A stretch of DNA of 64,000 nucleotides, taken from an uncultured delta proteobacterium (GTDB taxonomy: Bacteria; Desulfobacterota; Zymogenia; Zymogenales; Zymogenaceae). The position numbers and the translations under genes are program-made. Numbering within the stretch: position 1 is the stretch's first letter; the number at the start of each line of letters is the position of its first letter. Below the pieces are notes generated by a model that was not told the origin of the DNA, made no database searches, and saw only the letters and a program-made list of their open reading frames with translations. Of the stretch, positions 32,217 to 42,500 are shown piece by piece. The stretch covers positions 35,949 through 99,948 of the forward strand of contig CAWBYW010000010.1 of NCBI GenBank assembly GCA_963792965.1, given 5' to 3'.

Positions 32217-33623
32217 ATGCATCGCACCTATAGGAAAGTCGACGAGGCGGCGATCGGTAAGCTCATCTCGCTTTTCGGGCAGGAGGACGTCTCGTGCGAT
32301 CCCGAGGTCGTCCTTCGGTACTCGAGGGACGAGACCACGGAGGCGGCGGGGCTGGGCGAGGTGGTGGTGAAGCCCCGATCGACGCGCGATGTCTCGCGGC
32401 TGCTCTCTTTTGCCGCCGAGGCATCGATCCCCGTGACCCCCCGGGGGGGAGGCACCGGTGTAACGGGGGGCGCGATCCCGGCCATGGGCGGCATCGTCCT
32501 GTCGCTGGAGAGGATGGGCGGGATCATCGAGATCGACACCGACAACCTCATGGCGGTGGTCCAGCCCAACGTGATCACCGGCGACCTGGCCAGGGCGGCG
32601 GCCCGTCACGGCCTCTTTTACCCCCCCGATCCGGCGAGCATTGACTCGTGCGCGATCGGCGGCAACGTGGCCGAGGGCGCGGGGGGGCCGTGCGCGGTCA
32701 GATACGGTACGACCAAGGACTACGTCACGGGGCTTGAGGTGGTCTTTCCCGACGGATCGGTCTCCCGGCTCGGGGGAAAAGTCGTCAAGAACGCCACGGG
32801 CTACAACCTCATCGGGCTGATGATCGGCAGCGAGGGGACCCTCGGGGTGATCACCGAGATCACGATGAGGCTGTTGCCCCTGCCCCCCTATTCGGTGGAT
32901 CTCTTGATTCCCTTCGATGATCTTGTGACGGCCTCACAGGCGGTGAGCGCGATCATCCGATCGCGGATCGTCCCCACCGCCATTGAATTCATCGAGCGGG
33001 AGGCGATCCTCTTGGCGCAGCGGTTTCTGGACAAGGAGATCCCGTTCGTCGACGCCGGCGCCCAGCTCCTGATCCGCCTCGACGGCGACGAGAAATCCGA
33101 GGTGGACCGGCTCATGGAGCGTCTCTGGGAGACGGTGAAGGCGGCGGGCGCCGAGGATATGATTGTGGCCGAAGGGGCGACCACCCGTGACCGTCTCTGG
33201 GAGGGTCGCCGGTGTATCCGGGAGGCGGTCGTCGCCGAGGGAAAAGTGAAATGCGGAGAAGACGTGGTGGTGCCGCGATCGCGCATCCCGGACTTCGTGC
33301 AAAGGGCGAGGGAGCACCTTGCCGGTATCGGGATGGCGTCGGTTTTCTTCGGACATGCCGGGGATGGGAATATCCACGTTGAGCTGATGAAAAGAGAGCT
33401 TTCCGAAAGGCAGTGGGAAGAGCGGCTCCCCGCGGCAAGGGAAGGGCTCTACCGGATCGCGCGGGAGCTGGGCGGCCTGATCACCGGCGAGCACGGGATC
33501 GGGATGATACGGAAAGAGTATCTGGCGATGTCCCTTGACCCCGCCCAGGTTCAGGTCATGAGACGGGTGAAGGAGGCGATCGACCCAAAAGGGATCCTGA
33601 ACCCGGGCAAGATATTCCCATGA
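32217..33623 (+). CDS. FAD-linked oxidase, GlcD/D-lactate dehydrogenase family
   Basis: PRGGGTG, YPPDPAS, IGGNVA, GSEGTLG, HAGDGNIH, GEHGIG, LNPGK. Confidence 0.92.
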   Translation: MHRTYRKVDEAAIGKLISLFGQEDVSCDPEVVLRYSRDETTEAAGLGEVVVKPRSTRDVSRLLSFAAEASIPVTPRGGGTGVTGGAIPAMGGIVLSLERMGGIIEIDTDNLMAVVQPNVITGDLARAAARHGLFYPPDPASIDSCAIGGNVAEGAGGPCAVRYGTTKDYVTGLEVVFPDGSVSRLGGKVVKNATGYNLIGLMIGSEGTLGVITEITMRLLPLPPYSVDLLIPFDDLVTASQAVSAIIRSRIVPTAIEFIEREAILLAQRFLDKEIPFVDAGAQLLIRLDGDEKSEVDRLMERLWETVKAAGAEDMIVAEGATTRDRLWEGRRCIREAVVAEGKVKCGEDVVVPRSRIPDFVQRAREHLAGIGMASVFFGHAGDGNIHVELMKRELSERQWEERLPAAREGLYRIARELGGLITGEHGIGMIRKEYLAMSLDPAQVQVMRRVKEAIDPKGILNPGKIFP

Positions 33624-33892
33624 CAGGGGACTTTTGGCGGCAGCGGGGTTTAAGGTAGTGTACACGGTTGGGGCCGTCGATGGGCGACCGGTGGAGGGAA
33701 TGGACAGCCTCTGTGGCCGGGTCGGCGCTTTGACCGCAGGGAAACGGGTTTCACGTGCCGGCCTTGCCCACCGGAGCGGGAGCGCGGGAGACACCCTTGT
33801 GGTGACGAAATAGACGGGCGGACGGTGACGGCGTTAATCGAGAAGGCAGGGATTGTCCCTGAGAAGAATGGTTGACAGAAAGGAGGTTCATT

Positions 33893-34357
33893 ATGGCAGA
33901 TAGAAGCAGAGAGCGATTTCTGGTATCGGTGTTGTTCGGTTTTATCGCCGGTTTCCTGGCCACTCCGATCTTTCATGAGCTGATGCTTGCCTTCCTCAGT
34001 TTCGTGGGCGTTGCGCCTTACGGGGCATTTTCGATGGCGGCAACGCGACCGTTCGGGGTGCCGGCGGTGATCTCTCTATCGTTTTGGGGCGGCGTCTGGG
34101 GAATCATCTTTGCGCTGGTTGACCGCGGCTTTCCGCGCGGGTTCGGTTACTGGGTGACGGCTTTTCTGTTTGGTGCTATCCTCACGTCACTGGTTGCCCT
34201 GTTGGTCGTACTGCCGATGAAGGGTCGTCCCATGGGCGGCGGCTGGCACGCGGGTCTCCTCGTGACCGCATTTCTTGCTAACGGCGCCTGGGGTGTCGGC
34301 ACAGGGGTCTTCCTCAAGGTGTTGCGGAGCTGGCGCGGCACAAGGGGAAAGAAGTAG
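33893..34357 (+). CDS. Hypothetical four-TM membrane protein
   Basis: AGGAGG RBS; hydrophobic helices, PFGVP..SL.FWGGVWG. Confidence 0.7.
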   Translation: MADRSRERFLVSVLFGFIAGFLATPIFHELMLAFLSFVGVAPYGAFSMAATRPFGVPAVISLSFWGGVWGIIFALVDRGFPRGFGYWVTAFLFGAILTSLVALLVVLPMKGRPMGGGWHAGLLVTAFLANGAWGVGTGVFLKVLRSWRGTRGKK

Positions 34358-34524
34358 GACGGATCGACAAGGTCTCTCTACGGGGTGCAGGGCGTGCGAG
34401 TTGATCCGCGTCGGCGGGGCGATCAATAAGAAGGAGGTCACCTTTCCGGATGGGTCTGCCTCACGGCTCAGGGCGGTGGAACCCGATCGTCTTGGAAAGG
34501 TCAAATGACCGGGAGGATTGAAGT

Positions 34525-35805
34525 ATGAAGTGGCATCGGGTCACGGCGCTCTTTGTTATCATCGCCCTCGTTACAGCTACAGGCGCGTTCGGCGCCCAAT
34601 ACAACGGCCTCAAGGACGCGCAGAGGGACGCGCGCACGCTGGATAAATACCTGAAGAAGGGTGGCGACGTCGCCTACCGGATCACGGAGCTGACGGGCAT
34701 TGCCCTCTCCCCGCTGGTGGGCCTGGCCGTTGTGGGAGGGATCGAGTACTATAAGGCCGCCAGGGAGGGAAAACCAATCAGGTGGTACTTTTCCCTCTGG
34801 TTTCTGGGCGCGCTGCTGGTGATCCTGCTTCTCATCGGGCTCAAGGATACCATCGGGGAGCTCGTGCCTCTTTTTAAAAAACCGCTGGACGCCCTGGACT
34901 TCATTCAGCACAAACTGGCAGGCATCCTGGCGTTTTGTATTGTCGCGCCGCAGCTGATCCTCACGGTGCTGGAGCCCGTCGGGCAGACGATGTCCTCACT
35001 CTTGCGGCTGTTGGATCCCGTCTCGAGCGCGTATGCGGCCGAAACGGCGTCGGGCGGGGCAACGGGGGTAATCGGGGTCGCCTTGATCGTCACGATCGTC
35101 GTATGCGCGGTCGCCGCGGCCCTCTTCTTTTCCGTCATCTGGCTTGCGGCCGGTGCGGTGGAGGCCCTGATACTCCTTTCGCCCATCCCCTTTGTGGCGC
35201 TGATACTCAGGGGATTCCGTCTTTCCATCCTCGGTATCCTCGGACTCGCCGTGGCGATAAGCCCGGTGATCGGACTCTTTGTCTCGCTGGTCATCCTCTA
35301 TATCTCGTACCGTTTCCTCGGGTGGTCGTTTCGCCTGTGCGTCTTCGGGTGTGTCCTCATCTACGACCCGCTTACGGGGAAGCGAAACTACGTCAGGCTC
35401 GAGGGGAAAGAGCGGGTCCGGGCGTTCTCATCGACCGGGATAAAGGGCGTACGGAACCGGAGCTACGGGAGGCTGACGCACGCTAAAGGTTCTCTCGTCT
35501 TCGAGTATCGCCCCTGGCTGATCTTCTCGAATAGAAGGGTCGTCTGTTCCGAGTCGCCCGATCGCATCGGCATTACGCGGGGGACTCTCTTCCCGTCCGT
35601 GATCGCCGTAAGGGAGGGACACCATAAGCATCCGACCCTCTTCCAGCTCCCCCCGCGGTACGAGGGGCACGAAGAAGGCCTGGTACGGCTCCTCGGGCTT
35701 CGCGGCGGGCTTCACGATCAGCGGCTCGGGAAAAGGCTTCTGGATGCGTGGCACTGGATCGTCGGGCAGGCCGCAGATGACGGCCTGAACGCCCGGACGG
35801 CGTAG
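34525..35805 (+). CDS. Hypothetical multi-pass membrane protein (possibly DUF4126-like)
   Basis: 426-aa ORF with signal peptide and several TM segments. Confidence 0.6.
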   Translation: MKWHRVTALFVIIALVTATGAFGAQYNGLKDAQRDARTLDKYLKKGGDVAYRITELTGIALSPLVGLAVVGGIEYYKAAREGKPIRWYFSLWFLGALLVILLLIGLKDTIGELVPLFKKPLDALDFIQHKLAGILAFCIVAPQLILTVLEPVGQTMSSLLRLLDPVSSAYAAETASGGATGVIGVALIVTIVVCAVAAALFFSVIWLAAGAVEALILLSPIPFVALILRGFRLSILGILGLAVAISPVIGLFVSLVILYISYRFLGWSFRLCVFGCVLIYDPLTGKRNYVRLEGKERVRAFSSTGIKGVRNRSYGRLTHAKGSLVFEYRPWLIFSNRRVVCSESPDRIGITRGTLFPSVIAVREGHHKHPTLFQLPPRYEGHEEGLVRLLGLRGGLHDQRLGKRLLDAWHWIVGQAADDGLNARTA

Positions 35806-35928
35806 GTACATTCCGGAAACGTGTTTTGGCGGGTCCTTTCAGATAACGGCCAGGCCGAGACATCCGTGAGGTGGTAAAGAAACAGATTTCGGGACGAAAA
35901 ACCTTTCCATTTCTCAGACAAACTGACA

Positions 35929-35956
35929 GGGGGAGATGAAGTCCATCTCCCCTTTT
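35929..35956. terminator. Stem-loop between convergent genes
   Basis: GGGGAGATG-aagtc-CATCTCCCC followed by TTTT. Confidence 0.6.
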
Positions 35957-35992
35957 CATAGCTCGGTTTTACGCGGGTTCACATTTCAGCTC

Positions 35993-36625
35993 TTACCGGT
36001 AACCGGCGATGGTCGCCTCCCAGTATCCGGCGCTAAAGTTTCCACTTACCCTCGCTCCATCATATGACAGGTGTCCCCAGTAATCAAAATCGGCCCTGGG
36101 ATTGCCGTAGCGTCTCTGAATGTATACATTGTTGCCGCTAATTTGTATGGTGAGAACTGCCGTAACGGTCCGCTCTCCTCTGGCTGTCCAGACGGCATCG
36201 AAGACGTTGCTGTTGCCCCTCCGGGTCCAGACGCCGGTATACACGCCTTCCCTTTCATACCAGACCCGCCCTAAGTTACCATCCCTGTTCTGCGGGCCCC
36301 CTCCGTAGAACGGTACGTTGTTTCTGTTGTCCCACGCGTCCCCATGATTGTCCCTTCTGTCCGTGCCGTTGTCGTTCCAGTTTCCGGATCCGACGTCCCT
36401 ACCTGTGTCGTGATGGTCATGCCTGACGTCGTCTCTGTCTTCGGCGATCATATTGTGATCATCTCTGGTGTGCCTCGCATCATCGACGACGTTTTTGTTG
36501 TCCTGATGAAAATATAGGCCGTCCCTATCCTGATCTTCGGCATAGACTCTTTGCGATAAAGATACGAACAATACCCCTGCGGTTACAAGAGCCATAAGGC
36601 CCCAAGAAAGACCATGCGTTTTCAT
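35993..36625 (-). CDS. Hypothetical secreted protein, D/R/H/N-rich linker plus Trp-rich beta domain
   Basis: GGAGG RBS, signal peptide, low-complexity middle, GVWTRRG..FDAVW C-terminal domain. Confidence 0.65.
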   Translation of the reverse strand: MKTHGLSWGLMALVTAGVLFVSLSQRVYAEDQDRDGLYFHQDNKNVVDDARHTRDDHNMIAEDRDDVRHDHHDTGRDVGSGNWNDNGTDRRDNHGDAWDNRNNVPFYGGGPQNRDGNLGRVWYEREGVYTGVWTRRGNSNVFDAVWTARGERTVTAVLTIQISGNNVYIQRRYGNPRADFDYWGHLSYDGARVSGNFSAGYWEATIAGYR

Positions 36626-37017
36626 GTCAATCTCCCTCCCGATTTCCTCTTTACTATGTTAAACCGAATAGAGCAAGGAAACCTTCGGGCCGTCCCGATG
36701 ATAAGGGGAAGGGGATAGTAATCGTCTGTGGCTTCCTGTGCGAAACAGCGCGGCGGCCGGTTCCGTGGCGCATTGGGGGGCGCGTGCGGATCATCAAAGG
36801 GATAGGGACACGGCTTGCGGTGAGCCAGAGGGCGCAATAGGGTGGAAAGCGGAAGTAATAGGGGCCGGAAATGAGACGTGAGGGACATGCGGTCTGAGCA
36901 GGGGCGCATTTTTCGGGTCCCGTAAGAGAGCGGCGCAAGGTGCGCCCTGTTTCATCTCATCCGGGCTCCTGTGCCGGAGAGGCTGAGTGCCGAAAAGAGC
37001 CCCCGGAAGAGACGCGA

Positions 37018-37527
37018 TCACTTGACCTTGTAATAGTTTTCACACCCTTTATCATATCCGAGCTTACAGGCCTTGTCAAAATCGGAGAGGGCCTCGTTTA
37101 TTCTTCCGAGGCCGTAATAGGCAATTCCCCTGTTGTTGAAGGCGCTCGGATAGTGCGGATCGTTTCGTATCGCCATGCCGCAGTCGGCGACGGCCTCGTT
37201 ATATCTTTCCAGCTTTATGTAGGCATACGCCCTGTTGTTGTAGGCCTGGGCGTTGTCCGGGTTTAGGGATATCGCCGTGGTATAGTCTGCGACCGCTCTG
37301 TCGTATTTTCCGAGATCGGTAAAGGCCATCCCCCGGTAGACGTAGGCCTCGGCCAGGTCGCCATTGAGCCGTACGGCGTTGGTAAGGTATTCTATTTTTT
37401 TGGCGGGATCCGTCTCATTCTTCCCTTTCGTAAGCCAGTCTTCAGCGCTCTGGGCCTGTCCCACCCGAGGAATCAAGAGGAAAAGCATCGCGGCCAGCCC
37501 CGCGATCAGGGTGCTTGATTTTCTCAT
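37018..37527 (-). CDS. Secreted TPR-repeat protein
   Basis: AYVYRG, AYNNRA, AFNNRG TPR motifs; DFDKACKLG..GC end; signal peptide. Confidence 0.88.
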   Translation of the reverse strand: MRKSSTLIAGLAAMLFLLIPRVGQAQSAEDWLTKGKNETDPAKKIEYLTNAVRLNGDLAEAYVYRGMAFTDLGKYDRAVADYTTAISLNPDNAQAYNNRAYAYIKLERYNEAVADCGMAIRNDPHYPSAFNNRGIAYYGLGRINEALSDFDKACKLGYDKGCENYYKVK

Positions 37528-37631
37528 TTTACTTCTCCTCCGCCGCTTAATAGTTATCTTGCCGGTAGCATCCGATGATGCCATTTACGTCGTGTGAACC
37601 AACGCGGAGTCAGACCGCCACGGGACGCCCT

Positions 37632-37979
37632 CTATGGAGAATGCTCCGGGCGCCAGCCCGTTATCTTGCAGGCCTCGCTGTAATCCCCTTGGGTGACCCC
37701 TTCTTCCGCACGTGCTATGCCGTCGCCGTTGTTGGAGACAGATCCGCTCGGCGTATTTATATACGAGGTGCCTCCGACTTCATAGGTTCGCCAGAGCCCA
37801 TGCTTCTCAACGGTATCTACTTTGGCGCTGTGGGGATGCCAAAAATAGCGGTTATATTTTAACATACGGCCGACGATCGCCATGAAGAGCAGTAGCACGA
37901 TACCGAGGACGATCGTCCCCTTCAGGAGAAACCTCAGTGCTTTATTCTTCCTCGGCCTGTTCTTTCGCTTCTTCGGCAT
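37632..37979 (-). CDS. Hypothetical membrane-anchored protein
   Basis: Basic N-terminus followed by one TM helix. Confidence 0.45.
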   Translation of the reverse strand: MPKKRKNRPRKNKALRFLLKGTIVLGIVLLLFMAIVGRMLKYNRYFWHPHSAKVDTVEKHGLWRTYEVGGTSYINTPSGSVSNNGDGIARAEEGVTQGDYSEACKITGWRPEHSP

Positions 37980-38028
37980 GCGATACGTCCAGTGCCGTCC
38001 GACCCTGTGCGTGTGCCGGTGCGATAAT

Positions 38029-38187
38029 TCCGGGGCCGCCGGCGGGGCGACGCGCCTCACTTCCCGCGTCGGATCCCTACTAACGTCGGGAGCGTAACCG
38101 CGAAATATCCCGACGACGGATAACGCCACGCTATCACAAAGGGGGCAGTTTGTTAAGAAATAAAAATCCTTCGCGTTGGCGACGGTG
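38029..38187. repeat. ~160-bp dispersed repeat, copy 1 (copy 2 at 45375-45526)
   Basis: Shared blocks GCCGGCGGGGCGA, GCCTCACTT.CCGCGTCG.ATCC, GGAGCGTAACC, CGAAATATCC, CACGCTATCACAAAGG, GTTTGTTAAGAAATAAAAA. Confidence 0.9.
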
Positions 38188-38195
38188 CCATGCTA

Positions 38196-38241
38196 CGGGG
38201 GCGATTCGGACGTGCGCCCAACGGATCCGAAGTCCGTTGCT
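38196..38241 (-). repeat. att site: duplicate of tRNA-Arg 3' portion
   Basis: CGGGGGCGATTCGGACGTGCGCCCAACGGATCCGAAGTCCGTTGCT identical to 43871-43916. Confidence 0.95.
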
Positions 38242-38243
38242 TT

Positions 38244-38385
38244 AGGTATGGTTGAGCTGGGTAATCATTGAACTTTTCTAATTATATCAAATAGTTATGT
38301 TAGATTTGAGTATACCGGAAAATACCAAATTATACCGATTTGTACCGTTTTTCTGTGAAAAAAGTGACACCAAAGTTACACCAAA
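38244..38385. promoter_or_regulatory. att arm module type B, copy 1
   Basis: IHF consensus TATCAAATAGTTA 38285-38297; TACC repeats at 38311/21/31/41; GTGACACCAAA-GTTACACCAAA 38364-38385. Confidence 0.75.
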
Positions 38386-38429
38386 TTTCGGCCGAAATTT
38401 TATGAACTAAAGAAGAATCTAACTTCTGG

Positions 38430-38561
38430 CCTCATGACTGGCAGTAGGCTATACTTGACGATAAAGTATTGACATCACTATATTTTCAATTCCCGACGAT
38501 ACCCAAGGATACCCTAAAATGCCCTCCAATTCCCCGGTTTCTGTAACACTTTTTGTAACAC
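38430..38561. promoter_or_regulatory. att-like module type A with tRNA-Ala anticodon core
   Basis: CATGACTGGCAGT (38433-38445) = tRNA-Ala 57791-57803; ATNCCC x5 at 10-bp period 38489-38534; TGTAACAC-N4-TGTAACAC 38542-38561. Confidence 0.6.
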
Positions 38562-39225
38562 TCTCGCGGCCGCCCCTCTCTGTTCATGTCTTGCTGGAGT
38601 ACCGCCTTACTCCTGGCTCATCGGTGTCAGTTGTGGAGCAACGTTGGGTGCCTCGGGCACAGCCGGTGACAGCGCTACTGGGCAACCGAACTCATAGCTG
38701 ACCGAAAGAAGGCCGCCTCATCGGCGAGAGATCAAAAAGATACAGAATTGTAATAATATAATCTTATTGTAATGCTCCCGTAAGGATAGTAGCCTATTTT
38801 ACTAACAGTCGGGCGACTGATCTTCCCGCAAGAAAATTCCATTGATAAAGACAAATACGGAAAACAAGAAAGAAAGATCATATCAGGCCGTGCTCATCCA
38901 GGTCGACCCGGTAACAAGAAACGTCGATGAACGGATCTATATAGGCAAAAGTCAGGAGCGTCGGGTCTACACGATGAAAAGGACGATGCTCACACAGTTT
39001 TTTGCCTTCTTTGAACATGATGAAAAATGGGAGATGCCGATAATGGGCTCGGGCGGATTAGTATCATGCCTTCCCGGCACCTGGCCCTTTTCGTCTGTGC
39101 GGGTAGGCAATCGGAAGTCGGGGAGGTTCAAGTTACCATAGCCGTACGGCATCGCTCGCCCCGGAAAAGAAGGGGGCTCGAACGCGACTGGCCGGATTCC
39201 TCACTTCGGCATCACGAAGACCTCT

Positions 39226-39279
39226 TTCGAGGACATTGAACCGAATGCCCCCATGTCAGTGGTTGATATGGGGGGTCTC
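39226..39279. repeat. Two-hairpin ~54-bp repeat, copy 1 (copy 2 at 42778-42831)
   Basis: TTCGAGGACATTG.AC.GAATG..CCCATGTCAGTGGTTGATAT.GGG...CTC shared between the copies. Confidence 0.85.
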
Positions 39280-39332
39280 TGCCGAAGGGTTTTGTGATAT
39301 ATTTAAGAATCAATTTTTGAGGAGGTTTCTCT

Positions 39333-39530
39333 ATGTTTGACTTGGGAGCCCCGGAGCTTCTTCTCATTTTGGTTATCGCACTTGTGATTTTCGGGGGTAA
39401 GAGAATCCCAGAGATCGGAGAATCACTCGGTAAGGGGATCAGGAACTTTAAGAAGGGCCTTCAGAGCATCGATGAGGACGAGAAGATCAAAGAGATTGAA
39501 GTCTCGCATAAGGTCGATGAAGAGAAATAG
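39333..39530 (+). CDS. tatA: Twin-arginine translocase TatA/TatE
   Basis: PELLLILVIALVIFGGKRIPEIGESLGKGIRNFKKG; GAGGAGG RBS. Confidence 0.92.
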   Translation: MFDLGAPELLLILVIALVIFGGKRIPEIGESLGKGIRNFKKGLQSIDEDEKIKEIEVSHKVDEEK

Positions 39531-39737
39531 GTTTACGGCGCAGAACTCGTTAACTCGGCTCTAATTTTCCGGATTTCAAAAAATGAGACTTGAATATTAA
39601 GTTTTAGACCGAGAGAGATTTTCGTAGCGTCGAATTCTCTGCAGGGTATTCCTGTTTCTAAATCTTTTTAGATTGACTTTCCTATACTCTTTTCTTTATG
39701 CCTTCACTCTGATAAGCTCATACTAAGGGAATAGCCG

Positions 39738-42212
39738 ATGAAGTGGCTTTCACGCCTCATCTATCGATATGATCTTTTTGTCCTTCTGGGGGCCGTGATA
39801 TTGACGGTCCTTTCCGTTATCGGGGTCATGCGGCTTTCCATGGTCGCCAATGTTGCTTACATGCTCCCCAGACAGAATCCGATCGTCTCCGACTACATGA
39901 CCTCACTTGAGCGGATGGGGACCCTTGATTATCTCGTAATTCTGATCTCGGCGCCCAAAACAAACGAACTGACCGATTTCGCCGATGATTTTGCCGAACG
40001 GATTAAGAAATCAGGTCTTGTCTCCGAGGTCGAGTACACGATTACCGAGGCGGATAAAGACTATATCCTTACTTCCTATCTTCCCAATCTCTTCTTGTAT
40101 CTCAACAAGAATGATTTCGATGAGGTAAAAAGGAAACTTCAGCCAAAGGCGATCGACGAGGCCGTTAGGATCGACAAAAATATCCTTCTCACCCCCGTCT
40201 CTTCGGGGAGCGCCGATTTCGTTACTCGCGACCCTTTAAATTTCCTTTCGATCGTCCAGAAGAAACTATTTTCGGGAGAAGGGGGATTCAAGATCAATAC
40301 CTCTTCGGGGTATTACCTCTCGGTTGACGGCACACACCTCTTGATGCTGGCGCGGCCTGTCAAGCCCCCCCAGGATGTCGCCTTCGACGAAGACCTCTTT
40401 TCTCATCTTGACCGTTTTGAAAGCGATATCAAGGCCGAAAAGAAGAATTCGGATGTCATGGTCGAGTATACCGGTGGATACCCGATTGCGGTGCACGATG
40501 CGTCGACAATCAAGCGGGACCTGATAATGACGATGACTTCTTCCATCATCTCGGTCCTCCTCTTGTTCTATCTTGTCTTTCGGCGCTTCTCGTTCCTTTT
40601 CTACGTGGCGCCGTCGTTGGGCCTCGGGATTTTTTGGACCCTCGGTTTTGCGGGATTCGCCCTCGGCCACCTCAACATCGTGACGGCGGCCTTCGGGGCC
40701 ATATTGGCCGGCCTTGGAATCGATTATTCCATTCACTTCTATAACCGATTTCTCGAGGGAATGTTCGCGGGGAAGGGACTTGAAAGGTCCCTTGAGGACA
40801 CCTTCACAAAGACAGGAGTCAGTATCTTCACCGGAGCGCTGACGACCGCGGTAGCCTTCTTCGCGATGGCACCAACCAAGTTTACCGGGCTTTCGGAGCT
40901 GGGAATCATCGGTGGTGTCGGCATCGTAATGGTGCTCATTTCGTCTCTTACGGTACTGCCGGCACTTATCGTCCGATCCATGAAGATTAGTGGGGAGGTG
41001 ATCCCTCGTTTCCACATCCCATCCTTCGGGATGGGCCGCCTCGGGACACTCATCATCAGGCGACGACGACTGATCGTAGTAGTAGTAGTCATCATTACCA
41101 TGGTCATGATATATGAGGCGCGCAAGGTCCACTTCGAGACGGATGTCAATAAGCTGAGGCCAAAATACAGCCCGGCCCTCGAAGTCCAGGAAAAGATCAT
41201 GGACATCTTTTCGGGCTCCGCGCCGGAGCTGATTATCACTGCCGAGGGAAAAGACCTCGAAAAAACCCTCGTCGTCTCCGAGAACGCCGCCGATATAATG
41301 AAGAAATATCCGGAGGTCGCTATGGTCGAGGGTCCGGGGGAGAATCTTCCTTCCGTCAGAAGACAGCGGGAAAACATCGAACGCGCTCGGACGCTTCCCC
41401 TCGACAATGCCGTCGTATTCCTCAAGAAGTCCCTATCCGCCCACGGGTTTATGGTTGAGCCGTTTACGCCCTTCATCAATTCCCTCTCACGCTTCTCACA
41501 CGGCACGGTGAAGCCCGTCACCCTGAATGATATCGCCGGCACCGCCGGTGAAAGGATGATTAAGAAATATATCATCCATCAAAACGGCACCTGGTACGTT
41601 TCTATCTATGCGTATCCCTTCGCGGGCGGCGCATGGGAAAAGGATATCGACCGGGGAGTGGTGAAAAAGCTTAAGAACCTCTCCCCGACGATAACGGTAG
41701 CGAGTATCACCATGGTGATCGCCGAGATGAAGAAAATCATCGAGCACGACTTCATCCTCGCTACGATTCTTGCCTCTATCGGAGTGCTCTTGACACTCTT
41801 GATCCAATTTCGTAATCCTAAAGCTGTCATCTTCTGCTCGCTATCGCTCGTAGCGGGCATCATTTGGATGATCGGGTTTATGGGGATTTTTAATATGTCA
41901 ATGAATTTTGCCAACATCGTGGTTATCCCCATGATCATAGGAATCGGCATCGATAACAATATCCACATCTACCAGCGGTACAAGGAAGATGGACAGCGGG
42001 ATATTGTTTCAGCAATGAGCTTTACGGGAAGGGCCGTCATTATGTGCGCCCTTACGACAATTGTCGGCTTCGGCTCTCTGACGTTTTCACGATATCAGGG
42101 ACTGGCCAGTATCGGCATTCTCTCAGTGGCAGGAGTAGCGATCTGTCTGTTGACGGCTGTCGTAGTTCTCCCCATGCTGTTGGTGCTGTGGGGAAGAGAG
42201 AGAAAGGACTAA
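39738..42212 (+). CDS. MMPL-family (RND superfamily) transporter
   Basis: Two repeats with GLGIDYSIHF and GIGIDNNIHI TM4/TM10 motifs; 824 aa. Confidence 0.88.
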   Translation: MKWLSRLIYRYDLFVLLGAVILTVLSVIGVMRLSMVANVAYMLPRQNPIVSDYMTSLERMGTLDYLVILISAPKTNELTDFADDFAERIKKSGLVSEVEYTITEADKDYILTSYLPNLFLYLNKNDFDEVKRKLQPKAIDEAVRIDKNILLTPVSSGSADFVTRDPLNFLSIVQKKLFSGEGGFKINTSSGYYLSVDGTHLLMLARPVKPPQDVAFDEDLFSHLDRFESDIKAEKKNSDVMVEYTGGYPIAVHDASTIKRDLIMTMTSSIISVLLLFYLVFRRFSFLFYVAPSLGLGIFWTLGFAGFALGHLNIVTAAFGAILAGLGIDYSIHFYNRFLEGMFAGKGLERSLEDTFTKTGVSIFTGALTTAVAFFAMAPTKFTGLSELGIIGGVGIVMVLISSLTVLPALIVRSMKISGEVIPRFHIPSFGMGRLGTLIIRRRRLIVVVVVIITMVMIYEARKVHFETDVNKLRPKYSPALEVQEKIMDIFSGSAPELIITAEGKDLEKTLVVSENAADIMKKYPEVAMVEGPGENLPSVRRQRENIERARTLPLDNAVVFLKKSLSAHGFMVEPFTPFINSLSRFSHGTVKPVTLNDIAGTAGERMIKKYIIHQNGTWYVSIYAYPFAGGAWEKDIDRGVVKKLKNLSPTITVASITMVIAEMKKIIEHDFILATILASIGVLLTLLIQFRNPKAVIFCSLSLVAGIIWMIGFMGIFNMSMNFANIVVIPMIIGIGIDNNIHIYQRYKEDGQRDIVSAMSFTGRAVIMCALTTIVGFGSLTFSRYQGLASIGILSVAGVAICLLTAVVVLPMLLVLWGRERKD

Positions 42213-42215
42213 AAT

Positions 42216-42479
42216 ATGTTTGGAGTTTCAGGCCAAGAGCTGTTTATCATCGTTATTCTTGCCCTCGTGATCCTTGGGCCCAAGAAGCTGCCGGAAGTTG
42301 CACGGACCCTCGGCAAGGGCTACAAGGATCTGAAAAAGGCAGTGGACGGCATCAAGGGCTCCGTGAACGTAAACGACGTCTTCTCCGAGATAATGAAGGA
42401 CCAACCCGAGAGCACCCCGAATAAGAAGGAAGAGGGGACACCATTCAAGCAGGACAACGACCACGAGCTGAGGGGATAG
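42216..42479 (+). CDS. tatB: Twin-arginine translocase TatB-like subunit
   Basis: MFGVSGQEL..I.ILALVILGPKKLPEVARTLGK (E8 and GP motif). Confidence 0.8.
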   Translation: MFGVSGQELFIIVILALVILGPKKLPEVARTLGKGYKDLKKAVDGIKGSVNVNDVFSEIMKDQPESTPNKKEEGTPFKQDNDHELRG

Positions 42480-42500
42480 GTGGGGGAAGAGGGGAGCTTC

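Noticed and set aside
36626-37017. Long GC-rich intergenic region as a riboswitch
   Set aside because: No recognisable riboswitch core by eye; an Rfam scan would be needed
38311-38561. Short periodic repeats as a CRISPR array or iterons
   Set aside because: 6-bp units with a 10-bp period, no spacers, and no cas or rep gene; the context fits att arms
38566-39225. Short ORFs 38519-38701, 38842-39141, 39027-39239
   Set aside because: No clear RBS or family motif; probably decayed island DNA
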